A DNA stretch of 62,141 bases, filler included. It is 12 parts of 12 records of this genome, joined end to end, with 100 filler letters (N's around TTAATTAATTAA, not from the genome) between each part and the next. Parts side by side here need not be neighbours in the genome. Positions count along the whole stretch, not along the records: positions 55,088 to 62,141 come from SRR15195285_2263; 11 more parts are not named here. The stretch is one strand, 5' to 3'. The position numbers were made by a program, and so were the translations under genes. The notes below the pieces were generated by a model, which saw only the letters and a list, made by a program, of their open reading frames with translations, was not told the DNA's origin and ran no database searches. Below, in pieces: positions 54,988 to 62,141 of this stretch (positions are counted from its first letter, which is position 1; the number at the start of each line of letters is the position of its first letter).

Positions 54988-55420
54988 NNNNNNNNNNNNN
55001 NNNNNNNNNNNNNNNNNNNNNNNNNNNNNNNTTAATTAATTAANNNNNNNNNNNNNNNNNNNNNNNNNNNNNNNNNNNNNNNNNNNNTGTACTTGTAATA
55101 AACTGTAATCTGTAATCAGATAATGAACGATTTCGTCCAAGGACTTTTTGCAAAAAAAGACAGGCGCGAGCTGCCACACCAACACGCAACAGGTGAGTGA
55201 GCACTGCAGCTGTAGGTGCTCACTCCTCACTGGCTGGAACCGGCCGCCCGCTGCACCGGCGAGCAGGTGCCGGCGGAAACGCGCGCTCGTCCTCGCGTTG
55301 GTGGCGCCGCGCCGCGTCATCGTTGGACCATCGCTCCATCAGGCAGGCGCAGTGGATCTAGTATCGATCAGCAGGGTGTGGTGCTACTGGTCTGACGCGT
55401 CTACGCTGCCCTGAGGGCCA

Positions 55421-56443
55421 ATGAACCCGTACACGGGCCTTGTCGCGCTCACGGCGAACGGCATCCCGCCCATTAAGGTCTCCGAGCAGAGGACGCCGGC
55501 GCGGTGGGCGCCCTCACACGGCTCGTGGAGCGCGCGGAGGGCCCCAGGAACACGAGAGCTGCGGAAAGTGAAGACGCCCGCGTCGCTGTCGGCGCGGCTG
55601 CCGCCACGCGTGCCCCAGCCGCCACCCAAATCGAACGTGGTCGCGCGTGTGACGAGCTCGTTGGGGCCGCTGGGAAAAGCGGGCCGACCCCCGCAGTACG
55701 CGAGGCGCTTTGGGTGGTCCAGCGACGAGCAGCGGCAGTGGATGATGCGCCAACGGCAGAAGCTGTGGCAAGGCGAGGGAAGGGTCGGACCCGGCACGGA
55801 GCGGCCACGGGTCGGCCTCGTTCAATGCGAGGACAGCACCAGCAGTGTTGGACTTCCGGTGCCCGATGTGGAGAGTCTAGACACGCGCGTGCGCTGGTGT
55901 AGGAAAGCAGGCAAGTGGGTGCAAGATGCTCCTTCGGGCCATCCAGCACTCACCGAGGCTGCGAGTCGTAATGGCATTGCACCAGCAGTTGTAAGTTATG
56001 CCCCGCTCCCTGGGCAACACGTCTACCGGTTGACCACGATTCTGTTGGTCGCTTTGCAGGCTGCAGCGAGCCGAGTACTTTCGCAGGCGAGTCGTACAGC
56101 ACTCCTCGCAGGCAGCGAACATGCAGAAGCAGGCGAAGCTGAGGGCCTAACAGTGCCGAGCATGAACGACGGCCTCGACGACGGGAACGGTGCTTGGTGG
56201 GAAACCCAGGATGATCGCAAGGGCGGGATTTTCCCGCCTGTGAAGCCCACGCTCCGAGACGACGTATCCGCGCTTGCCATCCGGAAACTCGTAACCCCGC
56301 GAGAGCGTGCCAGGCGGCGTGAGCCACTCTCGCTCGCGGGCAAGCACTCCCAGCAGTTCTATGGCGTGGAGGTTCTGGAGCATCTGGACACTGTACGCAA
56401 ACACCTCAGTTCCCCGCTGCAGAGCACGATTGCTCACGTGTAG
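55421..56443 (+). CDS. Hypothetical protein
   Basis: 340-aa ATG ORF filling the space convergent with EMC6. No recognised domain. Confidence 0.45.
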   Translation: MNPYTGLVALTANGIPPIKVSEQRTPARWAPSHGSWSARRAPGTRELRKVKTPASLSARLPPRVPQPPPKSNVVARVTSSLGPLGKAGRPPQYARRFGWSSDEQRQWMMRQRQKLWQGEGRVGPGTERPRVGLVQCEDSTSSVGLPVPDVESLDTRVRWCRKAGKWVQDAPSGHPALTEAASRNGIAPAVVSYAPLPGQHVYRLTTILLVALQAAASRVLSQASRTALLAGSEHAEAGEAEGLTVPSMNDGLDDGNGAWWETQDDRKGGIFPPVKPTLRDDVSALAIRKLVTPRERARRREPLSLAGKHSQQFYGVEVLEHLDTVRKHLSSPLQSTIAHV

Positions 56444-56846
56444 CAAGGGACTGGCAGCACGCGGGAGCTTGTAACTGGCAGCACGCGGGATGCTCCCGCA
56501 GCCTATTCCTGGCAGCCCTGCCGATCCACAGATGCATAACAACCACACGAGTTCAGCAGCGGCGAAACTCCACAGACCTTCACTGTTCCTTCATCCGTTG
56601 ACCTCGCTGTGGGCAGCATACATGCCGCGGCGAGGAAGGTGGCGAATGCTCGTCTCTAGCCACCCTCACCGAATGGCGAAATGTGAAGTGCGGCTGCCAG
56701 CCCAATACATTCATTGAGTGGGTGCATCCCTGGCTCCAAACAGGACCCACTGACTCTTCCCACCCAGGTGTTCGTCGCTCGTCTCTCTTGCGTCTCTCCT
56801 GCACCCAACAGCGGGGTCTGCTTGCCGCTGGCTGGGAATTGTTTAT

Positions 56847-57493
56847 CTAGTATAAGTGGCATATGTCATAAAACAACGTCCAAAACAGCATGAATGACAA
56901 CGCCCCTCCCGTGATACCGTTCGTCAGCACACCCTGCAGCCCGTATGGATAGTAAGGCTTAACGTCGAACCCCATCTTGAGGAGCAGCATCCCCGACGTG
57001 ACCTGACGCGCGCACTCCCTGTTAGCATCTGCAGCGAACCCGTAGGGGCTCAACAGGATGCAGATGGGGTGGCCACGGCGCACCAGCTGCGCAAGTAAGT
57101 AGAAGGCGAATCCATGCAGACCAGTCAAGCCCAGGACACCCGCCACACACCCTGAGAAACAACTCATCCAAGTTTTCCTGCCGGAGGGGCGGCAGTGCAG
57201 ATACATGAACGCAGTCAGCAAGCGAGCGCGGAAGCCAAGGTCTCCGGGGGGTGCTGAGACCGCACGTCAACAGCCAGCAGGCCCACAGGCAACACAGGAA
57301 GCACAGGAAGCACAGGAGCCGGGCGCAGGAGACAGGCACACAGCCAGAGGAGCGAGCGCAGCCAGAAGAGCCAGGGGAGGGAGCGTAGCCAGCCTCACGC
57401 GTAGAACTGGATCTGCTCGTTCTTGCGCATGCGCCCCGGGTGGATCGCACGCAGCGCCGGGTTGCCCAAGCCATCGTCGACCGGCGGCTGCAT
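56847..57493 (-). CDS. EMC6: ER membrane protein complex subunit 6 (Rab5ip family); 3 exons
   Basis: Exon 1 MQPPVDDG..RKNEQIQFYA; introns 57178-57398 and 57003-57083. SGCVAGVLGLTGLHGFAFY and SFMLFWTLFYDICHLY. Confidence 0.88.
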
Positions 57494-57772
57494 CTACTCT
57501 ACAGCGCCCGCCTAAACTGCCCCCAGCCGCCTGCAGGGAGCTCTCCTCCCGTCCTTCACTCGTCCCGCCGCCGGCCTCGCGCGCGCGCGGATCGCGGGAG
57601 CGCCGCCGCCATGTATGCAGCGCAGCACTCGAGAAGTAGCCTGGCTCACACAACCTGGGTACTGCCTGACCTTCGTACTATTTAGATACTAGCTACTGTG
57701 GCCGCGCGCGCCCGCGGCGCGATCGACCGCGCGCGCGCGGCGTTAGCAGTTCGGCGTGCTGGAGGCGCCCCG

Positions 57773-59830
57773 ATGTTGCTCTTAGCAACCCCCTCGCTCC
57801 TTTTGCTGCTGCTGGCCCGCTCCAGCGGCGCCAGCGAGCGAGTCTGGTTGTTGGTCGACCCCGTCGTGGTCGCCGATGGTGGAGCTAGCAGCAGCTCCGC
57901 CGGCTGGCAGGTCGAGCTGCCTGCACCAATCAAGGAGCCAGAAAACCCGCTGCTGGTAGAGGACAAGCTGTGGGACGTCCGCTGGGACAACACCTACCCG
58001 ACGACGCGCTACGACGCTGACGCCAAGCTCTACAAGATGTGTGAGTGGACTGTCCTGTTGCTGTCTGCTGCCGCGACACTACTCAACTGACTGACGACCA
58101 CGCTCTCTTGTGCGTATGGCTTCAGGGTACAACGCGTTTATTGGCAATTTTCACGAGCACCCCAAGTGGGCCTCCCAGTTCCCACACAGCACGCCGTGCA
58201 AAAACAAGGTTGGATGCGACAGCGCCACGCTTTACGCCACAAGTATAGACGGCGTGGCCTGGAGCAAACCAGAGCTCTCCGTGGTGGACTACAAATGGAA
58301 CGGTACAGCGGCCGTCTCGGTTGGCCCGAACAACATGCTGCTGCTTGCGCGTGGCAACCCGGACCGAGGGGTGATGCACGACGCGCACGAGCGCAACAGC
58401 TCGCGGCGGTACAAGGCCTTTGGTTCTTTCTGGTCGAACCTTTGCCGAGGCGAAAACAGCACCGCGCCGACCACCGCGCACGACGGCTCACTCTTTCCGC
58501 CGTGTCACAACCTCGGCGTGGCGTTCTCTGCAGACGGTGTGCACTTTGATCACGCGCAGGATGAGGATGCCTATGACCCGGGCAACGTCCCGGGTCTAGA
58601 CAAGGTCGGGCAAAACGACGGGGCGCTCGACCTGGCGATGTGGGACACGGATTTGGGCAGCTACTGGTCAGCTTCGCTCAGCACCTACGTCTTCCGCTGC
58701 TTCTGCGACGGTACTGATCTTCGCTGTCTGTTTGCAGGGGCTTGGTTAGGCTTGATGTCAGTATCAAGGAGATGGACAAGGCACCGAGTGGCTTCCGCCG
58801 CACTGGTATGTCCTGTACTTTTGAAACCCGCGTTTGCTAGAACTTTCAATCACGACGACACCTATAGCAAGTTGATTCTGTTGGCTGCCATGCCAGGTCG
58901 CTTTGAGACCAAAGACTTTAAGACTTTCACCGCCGGTGAACAAGTCTTCCACGGCAGGCTGGGCTATGAGATCTACACGATCCAGCCGTTCCGACTGCCG
59001 AGCTACCGCCCGGGTTACTACATGGCGACCGCTATGTTCTACAACACGAGTAGCAAGGAGGGTCACGTCAACTGCGAGCTGTTGCAGAGCCCGAATTTCG
59101 GCCGCAACTGGAGCCGGATCGCGCCGGAGGGAACGCAGTACATACCTAGGGGGCCGAACGGGACATTTGATTCGCACACGCTATACACGGCGTGGACGGG
59201 AGATAGCGAGGCGATGCTGGACCCCGCAGACGCTGGCACGACGCTGTTCTATTATGTGAGCAGCTACAACTCTACTGTATCGGCTTGCCTGCGTGCTAGC
59301 TGAGTTGTTGGCTCGGGCGTCTGACTCGCTTGCTGTGCGCCGTGCAGTCAGGTGGGAACGGCCCGCACAGCGGCAATAGAGACGACTCGATCGGCCTCGC
59401 TCGCGCAAAGACCCACGCATATGCTGGGCTGCGCGCTGCCTCCTCCGGAGCACGGCCGCTCCGGACGAACCCTCTGACGTTAGCATGTGGTCGAATCGCA
59501 GTGCTTGCATCACTGCATGGTTCGACTGCATCAATCAAAGTTGCAGCCGCTACCCACAACAAAACCCATAGCGCTGTGGACCACGATGTGTGGCAGCGAG
59601 CAGCACCCATAGTCTCGGCAGCTGCGCCAGCGCCGTTGCTGGCGGCGGGAGAGATCAAGTGGTTGGAGCTAAGCTGGGGTGAAGAGACCGAGACAGAGAT
59701 AGCAGGGACAGGCACAAAGACACAGACGGGCTCTGGCAGCGGCCGGCTTTTCGATGGAGACGAGGCATCTGTGACGTTTCAGCTCGAGGTGTCATCCGCG
59801 ACGGTCTTTGCAATCCGTACCCTCTGCTAA
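57773..59830 (+). CDS. Secreted five-bladed beta-propeller glycoside-hydrolase-like protein (GH32/43/130 clan-like); multi-exon
   Basis: Signal peptide; KEPENPLLVEDKLWD, YKM-WYN (intron 58041-58125), YATSIDGVAWSKPEL, AFSADGVHF, SPNFGRNWSR, FYY-GGNGPHSGNR..IGLAR. Later exon borders are approximate. Confidence 0.75.
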
Positions 59831-60180
59831 GCACACACATGCGCGAGCAGATACACTCTGAGGCACATAGTTGTTGCGGCACAGGCAAGCTCAGTACTGT
59901 TGCAAAAAACATGCATTAGAACACGTTTCGATGGAACTAATGCCAAGTGGGGATACTGCGAGCCGTCCTCCGCCTACTGAGCTCAATATTTCCAACACCA
60001 CGTCCTCTGTGCTAGGCCACATGATCCTCAGTGTTCTGTCACACCGGCGAAGCATCGGCAATCACCACCTAAGCGACTGGTTAGAACACACCGAGTCAGG
60101 CCATACGATAAGAGAGATTTGCATCCACTCTCAGAGTGCCACGCATGCAGCGCCGCCGGTAGAGGGCTCATAGCACAGCC

Positions 60181-62009
60181 TCACCCCTGTGATGGCTGTG
60201 GTGGGCAGATGCCGGCCGAACCTGCGCAGGGTGCATGCGAGCAGAGGTCGCAGTTGAGCGTGGGGGGTGGCGACTTGCCGCTGGGAGGCTCCGCCACCCA
60301 ACCTGCCGGTGTGCCTGGGGGGCCAACAAAGGCAGTGCTGCCGTTCTGCACGTAATACTTATTTTCGCCAGACTTCGCGATGCGCCACTTGCCATCACGA
60401 GCCGACGCGTAGATCTGGTGCGCTGCGTCTTTGTAGAAGAGCTCCTGCCGGCCTTGCACTCGCGACCATGCCGTGCAGCCGCTCGTCTGCACCCGCGTGT
60501 ACAGCCCGTTGCAGGCCGCGCATCCAGCCCCGCTGACGGTGACGGAGGCGGCATTGGCAGCATGGCACGCGGCAGGCACGTTGGGAAGAGGCACCTGCGG
60601 CGGCTCGTAGTGGCAGCGCTTCTGCTTAGCCGGTGGCACCAGATCGCGAGGGTGTCTCCCTTCGTATACGATCACCAGCGCACCAGTGCTGAGATCACGC
60701 GTTGCGTGCGGTGCGTGCGCAAAAGCTGGCACGAGCACTGATGCGTTGGGAGCGGGCACGCCAGACTGCAAATCGTAGGGGTCGCCACCTGCAATTGGAG
60801 CTAGCTGATACGGGCCTTCAGCGTCGGCTGAGACAGCGTGCACAATCTGCGAATTCGTGATGTAGTCGTTGATCGTGCAATGGTTGGTCATCTCGACGGT
60901 GAACACATGGTACTTCTGATCGGTCTTGTCCCAAAATGGGTTACCACCCCACCCGTTGAAGCCCTGGCGACGGTAGCCGCCACTCTTCTTGGCAGGCAGC
61001 AGCGCAAGCACCCCGCAGGACTCACCGGACCACTCGATGTCGCAGTGACACTTCCCATCCTGGCAGGAGCCATTGAGGTTGCAGGACTCGTCGCTCTCAC
61101 AGGCGCCGCCTCCAGCAGGCTCATTGCAGGTTGGACCAGTCCAGCCAGATGCACACTCGGAAGTGCTTCGTACAGGCTGCGACTGCATCCATGAGTCGGG
61201 GCCGTTTGGCTCGACGACAGACGTGAACAGCACACGCGGGGTGCTCCAGTTTGTGTCCAGCAGCAATCCTGGCCGCTCCCGCCGGCCCATCACCGTCCAC
61301 GTGCCGTCGCTCCAGCTGATGTTCTTGGTGTACGCAGGAATCTCGGAGAACGTCCAGTGCGTGCCGTCACGTGAAAAGCTGTGCCCACCGTTGTAGTATC
61401 GGTTGTGATCTCCATCTTGCCAGTGGTGGATCATGTGCAAGTTGCCACGCTTGTCACCTGATGCCATGGCGCAGGAGTGTGATGCAAGTGTGAGGATTGC
61501 GGTGTGCAGCCAGTGGGATCACGCACGCCACATGAAGGGATCCTCCGCATTGTTCATCGGAAACGGCTGCTTGTTATTATCGATCGACTTGTAGCCACTG
61601 GCCCAGCTGGGCGAGGCGGCCACCCAAGGATGCTCAGGCCCGGAGCAAGTTCGCCCGGCGAGGAGCGAACTGCCGTTCGGCAGGATGAGCAGCGTCGGAT
61701 TGTCAATCCCATAGCCCGAGTACCATTCCTTCTTCGCACTGGGTGCGGACGGCCTGTTGCGCGACCGCGTACGGTGAGCTGGAGACGGACAACGGAGACG
61801 ATACCGGAACGTGCATTCTGTGGCGACGCACGGTGCGTGAACGGAACTCACTCGTAGATAATGGTAGGTCCATGCCACGGCCCAGCCGCTGCGCCACTTG
61901 GCGACGAAAGCGCCATGACCCCGGTGCACTCCGGGTTCGTCGGCTGCGCCTTGACCTGCTGGGCCATTAGCGCGAACACAGCAGCACTGTGCATCATCAT
62001 CTGCATCAT
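60181..62009 (-). CDS. GH43-like beta-propeller protein with internal EGF-like module; 5' end uncertain
   Basis: Introns 61754-61851 and 61458-61526 give GPW..DNPTLL..EDPFMW-RDKRGNLH..GGHSFSRDG..RRERP, then CNLNGSC..CHCD..WSGESC, WGG, NSQIVHAVS..GPY and FAHAP. Confidence 0.8.
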
Positions 62010-62141
62010 CACTGCATCGTCATCCCTGAGCAGCAACGCGTTCGTTAGCCGAAAACGCGTCGATGAGACTCAGACTGCATCAGTGCCCAGGTTGAGCTGG
62101 AGAGAGCTACTAAAACTCGTACGAATTGTAGGACAGTAGGC

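Noticed and set aside
4112-55087. Regularly recurring TTAATTAATTAA as a repeat or CRISPR-like array
   Set aside because: Always centred in N-runs of fixed length; it is an assembly concatenation linker.
57178-57398. Repeat-rich EMC6 intron as an introner element
   Set aside because: Only short internal repeats (ACAGGAAGC); no similar intron elsewhere in the window and no terminal repeats.

Overview
This is not one locus. It is 12 short eukaryotic contigs joined by artificial 100-bp spacers (N44-TTAATTAATTAA-N44), so adjacency means something only within a contig. The DNA is GC-rich and gene-dense, uses the standard code, and has short GT-AG spliceosomal introns (about 70-220 nt; donors mostly GTGCG/GTACG/GTGAG). 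It looks like a single-cell or metagenome assembly of a flagellated protist (CEP83 is present). Frequent (PE)n tracts are reminiscent of Picozoa, which is an unverified impression. Recognisable genes: OSCA/TMEM63 channel, anoctamin, choline-transporter-like protein, PhyH dioxygenase, sialate O-acetylesterase, CEP83, AKR7-like reductase, zeta-toxin-like P-loop protein, kinesin-14, mitochondrial NAD/folate carrier, LRR protein, GT4 glycosyltransferase, EMC6 and several secreted glycoside-hydrolase-like proteins. Best leads: (1) a >2,500-aa Notch-like EGF receptor with four cytoplasmic C2 domains; (2) an intron-containing protein joining a chromatin-type helix to a DUF3427/PUA-like putative modified-DNA reader; (3) a segment apparently inverted between (GAT)n/(ATC)n repeats that splits the zeta-toxin-like gene; (4) dense patches of nested palindromes in promoters; (5) a possibly circularly permuted glycosidase propeller; (6) an intronised bacterial-type glycosidase. 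All family calls come from motif recognition by eye; no searches were run.
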